29,627 nucleotides of DNA from Candidatus Latescibacterota bacterium (GTDB lineage: Bacteria > Latescibacterota > UBA2968 > UBA8231), in contig CBDCSU010000002.1 in the NCBI GenBank assembly GCA_965221775.1, forward strand, positions 1-29,627, read 5' to 3'. Positions 7,283-15,798 of this stretch are shown here, piece by piece; position 1 is the first letter of the stretch, and every line of letters starts with the position of its first letter. The position numbers and the translations under genes were made by a program. A model generated the notes under the pieces. It was not told the origin of the DNA and did not search any database. It saw only the letters and a program-made list of their open reading frames with translations.

Positions 7283-9481
7283 GTGAAGATCCCGCCCGCA
7301 CGCCCCCTCCTGCTCGCCGCCCTCGGCCCGCTCCTGCTGGCCGCCCCCGGGTGGTGCGCCTGGCCCGCCTGGCGCGGGCCCTTCCAGAACGGCACCGCCG
7401 CGGAGACCGGTCTCGTCGAGTCCTGGACCCCGGGCGGCGCCGGCCAGGCCTGGAGGGCCGCCTTCACCGGCCGCTCCACGCCCGTCGTGCTCGACGGACG
7501 GGTCTTCATCGCCGGGCGCGCCGGCAAGGACGTCACCGAGCAGGAGCAGGTCGCCGCCTTCGACGCGGCCACGGGGGAGCTGCTGTGGGAGGACCGCTTC
7601 AACGTCTTCCACACGACCATCCCCTTCAACCGCGTCGGTTGGGCCAGCCCGGCGGCCGATCCGGAAACCGGCCGGCTCTACGTCCACGGCGTGCAGGGGC
7701 TGCTGCGCTGCTACGGCCGCGACGGCGAGCTGCTGTGGGAGCGCTCCCTCACCGAGGAGTTCGGCCGCATCTCCGGGTACGGCGGGCGGGTGCAGACGCC
7801 GGTCGTGGCCGGCGGCCTGGTGATCCTCAACTTCCTCAGCAGCGGCTGGGGCGCCCACGGCGTGCCCCGCGACCGCTACTTCGCCTTCGACAAGCACACG
7901 GGCGAGGTCGTCTGGGTTTCCGCCCCGGGCGGGCGCCCCCTCGACACGACCTACTCGACCCCCGTGGTCGCCGAGATCGGCGGCGAGCGGCTGATCGTCG
8001 CCGGCAACGCCGACGGCTCGGTCTACGCCATGCGCCTGGCCACCGGCGAGAAGCTCTGGGGCTTCCGGCTGAGCCGCCGCGGGCTGAACGCCGCCGTGGT
8101 CGTCGGCGGCGACCGCGTCTACGCCAGCCACGGCGAGGAGAACATCGACGGCAACACCATGGGCCGCGTCGTCTGCATCGACGCCCGCGGCCGGGGGGAC
8201 GTGACCGAGACCCACGAGTTGTGGCGCTACGACGCCCTGAGCGGGTACGCCTCGCCGGCCCTGGCCGGCAGCGTCCTCTACGTGATCGACAACTCCGGCA
8301 ACCTCCACGCCCTCGACGCCGACAGCGGCCGGCGGCGCTGGCACCGCAACCTCGGCACCGTGGGCCGGGGGTCCCCGGTGGTCGCCGACGGCAAGCTCTA
8401 CGCCACCACCGTGAACGGGCGCTTCCACATCCTGCGGCCGGGGGAGACCGGCGGCGAGCTGCTCGACAGCGACCAGGTCCTGGCCGCCGACGGCGGTCCG
8501 GCGGAGATCTTCGGCTCGCCCGCCGTGGCCCACGGGCGCGTCTACTTCACCACCGACGAGGGTCTGTACTGCCTCGGGAACGGCCCCGGGCCGGTGGAGA
8601 GCTCGGGGCCTCCCCCGGCGCCGGCGGAAGCCCCTCCCGGCGAGGCCGTGGGCCTGCAGCTGATCCCCGCCGAGAGCACCGTCGAGCCGGGCGGTTCCGT
8701 GCGCTTCGAGGCCCGCCTCGTGGATGCCATGGGGCGGGTCACCGGCGCCGTCGAGGCGGGAGACTGGTCGACGGAGGGTCTGGCCGGCCGCCTCCGGGAA
8801 GGCGTGTTCACCGCCGATGCCGGCCCTGACCACGGGGGTGTTGTCACCCTCTCGGCCGGCGGCTTCACGGCCCGCGCCCGGGTGCGCGTCCTCACGCGGA
8901 AGTCGTGGAGCCTCGACTTCGGAGCGGCCGGCGCCGTCGAGGAGGAGCGGCCGGTCCCCGGGCACTGGATCGGCTCGGCGGGCGGCAAGTTCCTCCTGCG
9001 CCGGGTGGAGGGCGAGGAGATGCTGTACAAGCCTTTTGCCCGCCGCGGCCTGCAGCGCTCCAACGTCTACCTCGGGCCGGCGGACCTGAGCGGGTACACC
9101 ATCCAGGCGTCGATGATGGGCGACCGGCACCGGCGCAACCTCCCCGACATGGGCCTCATCGCCCAGCGCTACACCCTCGACCTGATGGGCAACCACCAGC
9201 AGCTCCAGGTCCGCTCCTGGGCCTCGGACCTGCGCATGGCGGCGAGCGTCCCCTTCGAGTGGGAGAGCGGCGTCTGGTACACCATGAAGATGCGCGTCGA
9301 CCTCGAAGCCGGGGGGGCCGTGGTGCGTGGCAAGGTCTGGCGCCGGGGGGACCCGGAGCCCGCCGCCTGGACGATCGAGGCCCCCGACCCGCTGCCGAAC
9401 CGCCAGGGCGCGCCCGGCCTCTACGGCCACTCGGCCGCCGAGATCCACTATGACGACGTGGTGCTGGAGATCGATGAATAG
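7283..9481 (+). CDS. Secreted PQQ-like beta-propeller protein with C-terminal Ig-like and lectin-like beta-sandwich extensions (732 aa)
   Basis: Signal peptide, WPAWRGP, propeller repeats up to ...GLYCLG, Pro-rich linker (GPPPAPAEAPP), then ~280 aa of beta-rich sequence (YTIQA, WYTMKMRVD, VRGKVW, GLYG, YDDVVL). Confidence 0.85.
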   Translation: MKIPPARPLLLAALGPLLLAAPGWCAWPAWRGPFQNGTAAETGLVESWTPGGAGQAWRAAFTGRSTPVVLDGRVFIAGRAGKDVTEQEQVAAFDAATGELLWEDRFNVFHTTIPFNRVGWASPAADPETGRLYVHGVQGLLRCYGRDGELLWERSLTEEFGRISGYGGRVQTPVVAGGLVILNFLSSGWGAHGVPRDRYFAFDKHTGEVVWVSAPGGRPLDTTYSTPVVAEIGGERLIVAGNADGSVYAMRLATGEKLWGFRLSRRGLNAAVVVGGDRVYASHGEENIDGNTMGRVVCIDARGRGDVTETHELWRYDALSGYASPALAGSVLYVIDNSGNLHALDADSGRRRWHRNLGTVGRGSPVVADGKLYATTVNGRFHILRPGETGGELLDSDQVLAADGGPAEIFGSPAVAHGRVYFTTDEGLYCLGNGPGPVESSGPPPAPAEAPPGEAVGLQLIPAESTVEPGGSVRFEARLVDAMGRVTGAVEAGDWSTEGLAGRLREGVFTADAGPDHGGVVTLSAGGFTARARVRVLTRKSWSLDFGAAGAVEEERPVPGHWIGSAGGKFLLRRVEGEEMLYKPFARRGLQRSNVYLGPADLSGYTIQASMMGDRHRRNLPDMGLIAQRYTLDLMGNHQQLQVRSWASDLRMAASVPFEWESGVWYTMKMRVDLEAGGAVVRGKVWRRGDPEPAAWTIEAPDPLPNRQGAPGLYGHSAAEIHYDDVVLEIDE

Positions 9482-10901
9482 ACGGAACCTGCTCCTTCTG
9501 GCCGCCCTCGCCGCCGCCCTTCCCGCGGGCGCCGAAGAGGCGATGTGGGGACACACCCGGGCCCGCAACATGGTCTCGGAGGCGGTCGACCTGCCGGTCG
9601 AGTGGGACGTGGCCACGGGAGAAGGCGTGCTCTGGTCCGCTCCCCTCGGCTCCCAGACCTACGCCGGCCCGCTGCTGGCGGGCGGCAAGCTCTTCATCGG
9701 CACCAACAACCAGGGCCTGCGCGACCCCCGGCTCACCGGCGACCGCGGCGTGCTCATGGCCTTCGCCCGGCCCGGGGGCGCCTTCCTGTGGCAGTCGACG
9801 CACACCAAGCTGCCCGCCGGCCGCGTCAACGACTGGCCCCAGCAGGGCATCTGCTCCACCCCCTACATCGACGGCGACCGCCTCTACTACGTCTCCAACC
9901 AGGCGCAGGTGGTCTGCGTCGACACCGAGGGCTTCGCCGACGGCGAGAACGACGGCCCCCTCACCGGCGAGGCCTCCACCGGCCCCGCCGACGCCGATCT
10001 GGTCTGGTCCTTCGACATGATCGAGGAGCTCGACGTCTTCCCCCACAACCTGGCCACCTGCTCCCCCGCCGGTCTCGGCGACCTCCTCTTCGTCGTCACC
10101 TCCAACGGCGTCGACGAGGGCCACGTCCACATCCCGTCGCCTTTCGCCCCCTCCTTCATCGCCCTGCGCAAGTCCACCGGCGAGCTGGTCTGGGAAGACG
10201 CCTCCCCCGGCCTGGGGATCCTCCACGGCCAGTGGTCGAACCCGGCCATCGGCGTCATGGGGGGCCGCCCCCAGGTCCTGTTTCCCGGCGGCGACGGCTG
10301 GCTCTACTCCTTCGAGCCGGAGACGGGAGAGCCGATCTGGAAGTTCGACTGCAACCCCAAGGACTCGGTGTGGGAGCTGGGGGGACGGGGGACGCGCAAC
10401 AACCTGATCTCGACGCCGGTCATCGTCGGCGACCGCGTCTACCTCGGCGTCGGCCAGGACCCGGAGCACGGCGAGGGCCGCGGCAACCTGTGGTGCATCG
10501 ACGGCACCGGCCGCGGCGACGTGACCGGTTCGCACGCGGTCTGGCACCTAGGCGGCGAGGAGTACAACCGCACCATGTCCACCGCGGCGATCGACGACGG
10601 CCTGCTCTACATCGCCGACCTGAGCGGCTTCGTCTACTGCCTCGACGCGGCCACGGGCGAGAAGAAGTGGACCTACGACACCTTCGCCGCCATCTGGGGC
10701 TCGCCCTTCGTGGCCGACGGCAAGGTCCATATCGGCGACGAGGACGGCGACGTGACGATCTTCCGGGCCGGCCCCGAGCTGGAGGTGATCGCCGAGATCA
10801 ACATGGGCAGCGCCGTGTACACCACGCCCGCCGCCGAGGACGGCATCCTCTACGTGGCCTCGCGCAACACCCTCTTCGCCCTGGGCTCGCCGCGGCCGTG
10901 A
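9474..10901 (+). CDS. Secreted PQQ-like beta-propeller protein (acidic)
   Basis: Start reassigned to ATG 9474 (MNRRNLLLLAALAAALPAGA signal peptide, 8-bp overlap with the upstream gene). Propeller repeats GICSTP, LISTPV, IWGSPF, VYTTPA. Confidence 0.85.
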   Translation: MNRRNLLLLAALAAALPAGAEEAMWGHTRARNMVSEAVDLPVEWDVATGEGVLWSAPLGSQTYAGPLLAGGKLFIGTNNQGLRDPRLTGDRGVLMAFARPGGAFLWQSTHTKLPAGRVNDWPQQGICSTPYIDGDRLYYVSNQAQVVCVDTEGFADGENDGPLTGEASTGPADADLVWSFDMIEELDVFPHNLATCSPAGLGDLLFVVTSNGVDEGHVHIPSPFAPSFIALRKSTGELVWEDASPGLGILHGQWSNPAIGVMGGRPQVLFPGGDGWLYSFEPETGEPIWKFDCNPKDSVWELGGRGTRNNLISTPVIVGDRVYLGVGQDPEHGEGRGNLWCIDGTGRGDVTGSHAVWHLGGEEYNRTMSTAAIDDGLLYIADLSGFVYCLDAATGEKKWTYDTFAAIWGSPFVADGKVHIGDEDGDVTIFRAGPELEVIAEINMGSAVYTTPAAEDGILYVASRNTLFALGSPRP

Positions 10902-11983
10902 CCGACTCCGGCGGTCCGGTGGATCGCGTGAGCGCCGCCCGTCAGGCCCTCGACGCCCACGTGCGCGAGATCGTGGCCTGGCACTTCGACCCGGCCACGG
11001 GCTGCCCCTTCTGGCTCGAGCGCGCCGCAGAGCTGGGCTTCGACCCCCGCGACCGCATCGGCGGCTACGCCGACTTGGAGGTCCTCGGCCTCTTCCGGGA
11101 CGAGTGGCTGCGCGGCGGCCCCGTGCGCCGCTGGGTGCCGCGAGCGTTCGCCGGCGAGCCCGTCTTCGTCTTCGAGACCGGCGGCTCCACCGGCGTGCCC
11201 AAGAGCCGCATCAACATCCGCGACTTCCAGGTCGACTACGCCGCGTTCTCCGAGAGCCTGCCCGAGGAGGGCTTCCCCCGGGGCGGGGACTGGCTCATGC
11301 TGGGGCCGTCGGGGCCGCGGCGCCTGCGCCTGGCCGTGGAGCACCTGGCGCAGATGCGCGGCGGCCTCTGCTTCCTCGTCGACCTCGACCCGCGCTGGGT
11401 GAACGTCCTGATCCGGCGGCAGGCCCACCAGGAGCTGGCCGCGTACAAGGCCCATGTCGTCGACCAGGCCCTGAAGATCCTCCGCGCCCACGACACGATC
11501 CGCTGCCTCTTCGCGACGCCGCGCCTGCTGGAGGCCCTGTGCGAGAAGATCGACCTGATGAAGGCGGGCATCCGGGGCGTGTTCTGCGGCGGCACCGAGA
11601 TGGACGCCCAGTTCCACCGCTTCGCCCGCGAGGAGCTGGTGCCGGGAGCGGCCTTCGTGCCGACCTACGGCAACACCCTCATGGGGCTGGCCCTGTGCAA
11701 GCCCTTCGACCCGGCCGACGACTACGCCATCACCTACTACGCGCCGCAGCCGCGGGCGGTGATCGAGCTGGTCGATCGCGACGACCCCGGGCGCCCCGTC
11801 GACTACGGCGAGACCGGGCGCGTGCTGCTGACGACGCTCACCCGCGAGTTCTTCATGCCCCGCTTCCTGGAGCGCGACGAGGGCGAGCGGGCCCCGCCGA
11901 CGGAGAGCTGCCCCTGGGACGGCGTGCGCGACCTGCGCCTGCTGGCCTCCCTCGAGGAGAGCGTCACCGTGGGGGTTTACTAG
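10898..11983 (+). CDS. Atypical adenylate-forming enzyme, EhpF/GriC-like
   Basis: GTG start overlapping the upstream TGA. WHFDPATGCPFWLERA..LGFDPR, P-loop FETGGSTGVPK, YGNTLMG, VDYGETGRV..TTL..EFFMP..LERD, recalled as characteristic of the phenazine-modifying EhpF and aryl-carboxylate reductase GriC family. Confidence 0.75.
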   Translation: MTDSGGPVDRVSAARQALDAHVREIVAWHFDPATGCPFWLERAAELGFDPRDRIGGYADLEVLGLFRDEWLRGGPVRRWVPRAFAGEPVFVFETGGSTGVPKSRINIRDFQVDYAAFSESLPEEGFPRGGDWLMLGPSGPRRLRLAVEHLAQMRGGLCFLVDLDPRWVNVLIRRQAHQELAAYKAHVVDQALKILRAHDTIRCLFATPRLLEALCEKIDLMKAGIRGVFCGGTEMDAQFHRFAREELVPGAAFVPTYGNTLMGLALCKPFDPADDYAITYYAPQPRAVIELVDRDDPGRPVDYGETGRVLLTTLTREFFMPRFLERDEGERAPPTESCPWDGVRDLRLLASLEESVTVGVY

Positions 11984-11984
11984 C

Positions 11985-13430
11985 ATGGCCGGCGGCCTCG
12001 TGCACGTCCCCGTGCTGCGCGCCGGCCGCGAGTACGCCAGCCGCCGGCGGCGGCGGCTGACCGACGTGCGCACCGGCGATCCCGCGGCCGAGGTGAGCCT
12101 CGCCAACGGGGGCCTGATCGCCCGCGACCTGGCGGGGGCGGCTGCCAACCGCCAGGCCCTGGAACGGATCCCGGCCGGGGAACTGGTGGCCCTGTGCGGC
12201 GAGGCCGCCCGCCGCTTCCGCCAAGATCGCCTGCCCGTGGACGGCGAGACGGACCAGTCCTTCGACGACTACCTGTCCCAACTGGCGGCCACGGCGGGCA
12301 TGCCCCCGAGCCTGGGGCGGCGCAACGCCGGCAAGATCGGCGGCGTCCTGGAGTCGATGGACCGGGTGCTGGACGGCCTCACCCGGGGCCTGGACCTGGC
12401 CGTCGTCGACGCCGGCTGGGGCGAGGAGGGAGGCCGCACGATCAGCTACCGGCGCCGGACCGACGTCCTGGGCGCGGTGCTGCCCAACAACTCGCCGGGG
12501 GTCCACACCCTGTGGCTGCCCGCGGTCCCCCTCAAGACGCCCCTGGCCCTGCGCCCCGGCGCCCGCGAGCCGTGGACGCCCCTGCGCCTGGCCCGCGCCT
12601 TCATCGCCTCCGGGTGCCCGCCCGAGGCCTTCGGCTTCTACCCCGGGGACCACGACGGCGCCGTGGAGATCCTGGTGCGCTGCGGCCGCTCCCTGCTCTT
12701 CGGCGGCGACGACACCGTCGACCCCTGGCGCGGCGATCCCCGCGTCGAGATCCACGGCGCCGGCCGCAGCAAGATCCTGCTCGGGCCGGACGTGACCGAC
12801 TGGGGGGAGCATCTCGACCTGATCGCCGCCTCGGTGGCCGACAACGGCGGCCGCTCCTGCCTCAACGCCTCCGGCGTGTGGACCACCGGCCACGGCCTCG
12901 ACCTGGCCCAGGACCTCGCAGAGCGCCTGGCGCGAATCGAGCCGAGGCCGCTGCACGACCCCGAGGCCGCCCTGGCCGCCTTCCCCGAGCCCCGGACGGC
13001 GCGGGCGATCTCCGCCCACATCGACCGGCTCCTGGCCGGCGGCGGCGCCCGCGACCTGACGGCCGAGGTCCACGGCGGCGACCGCCTCGTCGAGGTCGAC
13101 GGCTGCACCTTCCTGCGGCCCACGGTCGTGCACTGCGAGGACCCCTCCCACCCCCTGGCCGACACCGAGTACCTCTTCCCCTTCGTCTCGGTGGTGGAGG
13201 CAGCCGACGCCGACACCATGCTCGGGGCGATCGGCCCCACCCTCGTGGCCACCGCCCTGACCGAGGACCCCGGCCTGCGGGGCCGGCTCATGGACCATCC
13301 CGGCATCGACCGCCTGAACCTCGGGCCGGTGCCGACGACGGCGATCTCCTGGGAGCAGCCCCACGAGGGCAACCTCTTCGAGCACCTCTACCGGCGCCGG
13401 TCCCTCGGGCGCGCCCGACGCCGCGCCTGA
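11985..13430 (+). CDS. Aldehyde dehydrogenase-fold protein (GriD/EhpG/LuxC-like reductase component)
   Basis: VLPNNSPGVH, LRPGAREP, FGG, catalytic-Cys region NGGRSCLNAS, EYLFPFVSV, C-terminal PHEGNL. Directly follows the EhpF/GriC-like gene. Confidence 0.8.
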   Translation: MAGGLVHVPVLRAGREYASRRRRRLTDVRTGDPAAEVSLANGGLIARDLAGAAANRQALERIPAGELVALCGEAARRFRQDRLPVDGETDQSFDDYLSQLAATAGMPPSLGRRNAGKIGGVLESMDRVLDGLTRGLDLAVVDAGWGEEGGRTISYRRRTDVLGAVLPNNSPGVHTLWLPAVPLKTPLALRPGAREPWTPLRLARAFIASGCPPEAFGFYPGDHDGAVEILVRCGRSLLFGGDDTVDPWRGDPRVEIHGAGRSKILLGPDVTDWGEHLDLIAASVADNGGRSCLNASGVWTTGHGLDLAQDLAERLARIEPRPLHDPEAALAAFPEPRTARAISAHIDRLLAGGGARDLTAEVHGGDRLVEVDGCTFLRPTVVHCEDPSHPLADTEYLFPFVSVVEAADADTMLGAIGPTLVATALTEDPGLRGRLMDHPGIDRLNLGPVPTTAISWEQPHEGNLFEHLYRRRSLGRARRRA

Positions 13431-13435
13431 CGGCC

Positions 13436-14587
13436 GTGAGGCCCTTCGACCTCGACGGCGGGACCCGCGTCCTCTTCGGCGCCGGCCGCCTCGGCGAGCT
13501 GGGCGCCGAGACCGCCCGCCTGACGGCCGGACCGGTGCTGCTGGTCTCGGACCCCGGGGTGGCGGCGGCCGGACACACCGGCCGGGCCGCCGATTCCCTG
13601 GCCGCGGCCGGGCTCGAGGTGGTCCGCTTCGACGGCGTCGGCGAGAACCCCACCACCGGGCAGGTGGAGGCCGGCGCCGAGACCGCCCGCCGCCAGGGAC
13701 CCGTGGAGGCCGTCGTCAGCGTCGGCGGGGGCAGCGCCATGGACTGCGCCAAGGGGATCAACTTCTTCCTCAGCCACGGCGGCCCCATGGAGGACTGGGA
13801 GGGCGACGGCGACCGCGGTCCCATGCTGCCGTCCATCGGCGTGCCGACTACCGCCGGCACCGGCAGCGAGGCCCAGCGCTTCGCCCTGATCTCGCGCCAG
13901 GCCGACCACCGCAAGATGGCCTGCGGCGACCCCGGGGCCCGCTTCCGCACCGTGATCCTCGACCCGGAGCTGCCCCTCTCGGCGCCTGCCCGGGTCGCCG
14001 CGGCGGCCGCCATCGACGCCGTCGCCCATGCCGTGGAGAGCTTCACGGCGACCAACGCCAATCCCGTCTCGCGTCTGTACGCCCGCCAAGCCGCCCGCCT
14101 TCTCTTCGGCGCCTTCGAGGGCTGGGTCGCCGATCCGGCGGCCGGTGCCGGCGCCGGCGAGATGCTCCTCGGCGCCCACTGGGCCGGGACCTCCATCGAG
14201 CACTCCATGCTCGGCGCCGTCCACGCCTGCGCCAACCCGCTGACCCGGGCTCACGGCGTCACCCACGGCGTCGCCGTGGGCCTCATGCTCCCTCACGTGA
14301 TCCGCTTCAACGGCGGCGCCGCGGAGGGGCTGTACGCGGGGCTGCTGCACGCTTCGGGGACGGGGACCGCTTCGAAGACGGGCACCGACGCCGCCGAGAC
14401 CCTGGCCGTGCGCGTGGAGGAGCTGCTGGAGGCGGCCTGCCTGCCGCGGCGGCTGCGGGAACTGGGGGTGGCGGCCGACGGCCTGGAGGCGCTGGCGGCG
14501 GAGGCGGCGGAGCAGAAGACGGCGCGGTTCAACCCGCGGCCGGTGGGCGCGGCGGAGTGTGCGGGGCTCTATGGGGGAGCGTATTGA
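13436..14587 (+). CDS. Iron-containing alcohol dehydrogenase
   Basis: GTG start 13436. GGGSAMDCAK, VPTTAGTGSE, metal ligands DAVAH, GAVH and THG. Confidence 0.92.
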   Translation: MRPFDLDGGTRVLFGAGRLGELGAETARLTAGPVLLVSDPGVAAAGHTGRAADSLAAAGLEVVRFDGVGENPTTGQVEAGAETARRQGPVEAVVSVGGGSAMDCAKGINFFLSHGGPMEDWEGDGDRGPMLPSIGVPTTAGTGSEAQRFALISRQADHRKMACGDPGARFRTVILDPELPLSAPARVAAAAAIDAVAHAVESFTATNANPVSRLYARQAARLLFGAFEGWVADPAAGAGAGEMLLGAHWAGTSIEHSMLGAVHACANPLTRAHGVTHGVAVGLMLPHVIRFNGGAAEGLYAGLLHASGTGTASKTGTDAAETLAVRVEELLEAACLPRRLRELGVAADGLEALAAEAAEQKTARFNPRPVGAAECAGLYGGAY

Positions 14588-14634
14588 GGCGCCGGGCGCC
14601 TGAACGCCGGACCCCCGGTGGGTCTCCTCCCCGA

Positions 14635-15798
14635 ATGGCTGGCATCTCGAGTCCTCGCCAACCCTCGTTCGCCGCCCTCCTGCTGGCGCTGGCCATCGCG
14701 GCCTCCTCCGGCGCCGCCGCCTCGGACTGGCCCTCCTTCCGCGGCAACCCCCAACTGACGGGCGAGGCCGCGGCGCCGCTGCGCGAGCCCCTGCGCCTGG
14801 CCTGGTCCCTCGACACCGCCGCCACCGCCGACTCCGGACGCTACGCCGGGATCGAGTCCACCGCGGCCATCGCCGGCGACACGGCCTACGTGGGCACCCT
14901 CGACGGGCGGCTGCTGGCGGTGAGCCTCGCGGAGGGCCGCATCCTCTGGGAGTACGACGCCGCCGCCGAGATCAAGTCCTCCCCCGCAGTGGCAGGAGGC
15001 GTGGTCTACGTGGGCGACGAGGACGGCCGCCTGCACGCGGTGGACGCCGCCTCGGGCATAGAGCTCTGGCGTTTCACCGCCGGGGGAGCGGTCACCGCCT
15101 CGCCCACGGTGGCCGGGGGCCGCGTGATCGTGGGCAGCTACGACAACTCCCTGTACTGCCTCTCCGCGTCCGACGGCCGCAGGCTGTGGAGCGTGGCCAC
15201 CGGCGGATACGTCCACGGCGCCGCGGCCGTGGCCGGGCGTACCGCCGTCATCGCCGGCTGCGACGGGGTCCTGCGGCGGCTGGACCTGGCCACCGGACAG
15301 GAGCTGTCCACCGTCGACCTGGGCACCTACGCGGCGGCCAGTTCCGCCGTGGCCGGAGGGCGCGCCTACCTCGGCACCTTCGGCGACGAGGTGGTCGCCG
15401 TCGACCTGGAGGACGCGCGGGTGGTCTGGCGCTACCGCCCCGCCGGAAGCAGCTTCCCTTTCTACGCATCGGCCGCCGTGGCCGGGGGCCGGGTGATCGC
15501 CGGGGGCCGCGACAGCCAGGTCCACGCCATCGACGCCGATACCGGGGAGGCCCTGTGGGTCTTCGCCGCCGGAGGCCGCGTCGACGCCTCCCCCATCATC
15601 GCCGGCGCCCGCGTCTATGCCGCTTCCATGCGGGGCCGCCTGCACGGGCTCGATCTTGCCACGGGCGCGGAGATGTGGACCTTCGAAGGGGCCTCCGCCT
15701 TCGCCGCCTCCCCCGCCGTGGCCTCCGGCCGGCTGGTGATCGGCGACACCGACGGCGTCCTCCACTGCTTCGCCGCCTCTTCCGTGGAGACGGAATGA
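14635..15798 (+). CDS. Secreted PQQ-like/BamB-like beta-propeller repeat protein
   Basis: Signal peptide, SDWPSFRG, about eight regular ~40-aa repeats (S(S)PAVAGG.VY.G..DG.L.A.D...G...W). Start chosen at ATG 14635. Confidence 0.85.
   Translation: MAGISSPRQPSFAALLLALAIAASSGAAASDWPSFRGNPQLTGEAAAPLREPLRLAWSLDTAATADSGRYAGIESTAAIAGDTAYVGTLDGRLLAVSLAEGRILWEYDAAAEIKSSPAVAGGVVYVGDEDGRLHAVDAASGIELWRFTAGGAVTASPTVAGGRVIVGSYDNSLYCLSASDGRRLWSVATGGYVHGAAAVAGRTAVIAGCDGVLRRLDLATGQELSTVDLGTYAAASSAVAGGRAYLGTFGDEVVAVDLEDARVVWRYRPAGSSFPFYASAAVAGGRVIAGGRDSQVHAIDADTGEALWVFAAGGRVDASPIIAGARVYAASMRGRLHGLDLATGAEMWTFEGASAFAASPAVASGRLVIGDTDGVLHCFAASSVETE

Noticed and set aside
6683-9616. Long minus-strand ORFs (6683-9616, also 17168-19756 and 24929-27772)
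   Set aside because: Antisense shadows of well-supported plus-strand genes.
9545-10897. Arg/Pro-rich N-terminal extensions of the ORF-track calls at 9545, 12194, 15186, 16271, 18826 and 24839, suggesting fusion proteins
   Set aside because: They are out-of-frame overlaps with the upstream genes. True starts are at 10898, 13436, 15795, 17162, 19771 and 24989, mostly with stop/start coupling.
10898-13430. Bioluminescence luxE/luxC or phenazine biosynthesis
   Set aside because: No luxAB/luxD or phz core genes in the window. Only the reductase-type module is shared.
14635-15798. Assignment as bamB or as a PQQ-dependent dehydrogenase
   Set aside because: No lipobox Cys, no bam/der gene context and no quinoprotein catalytic motifs. 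Only the generic propeller repeat is supported.
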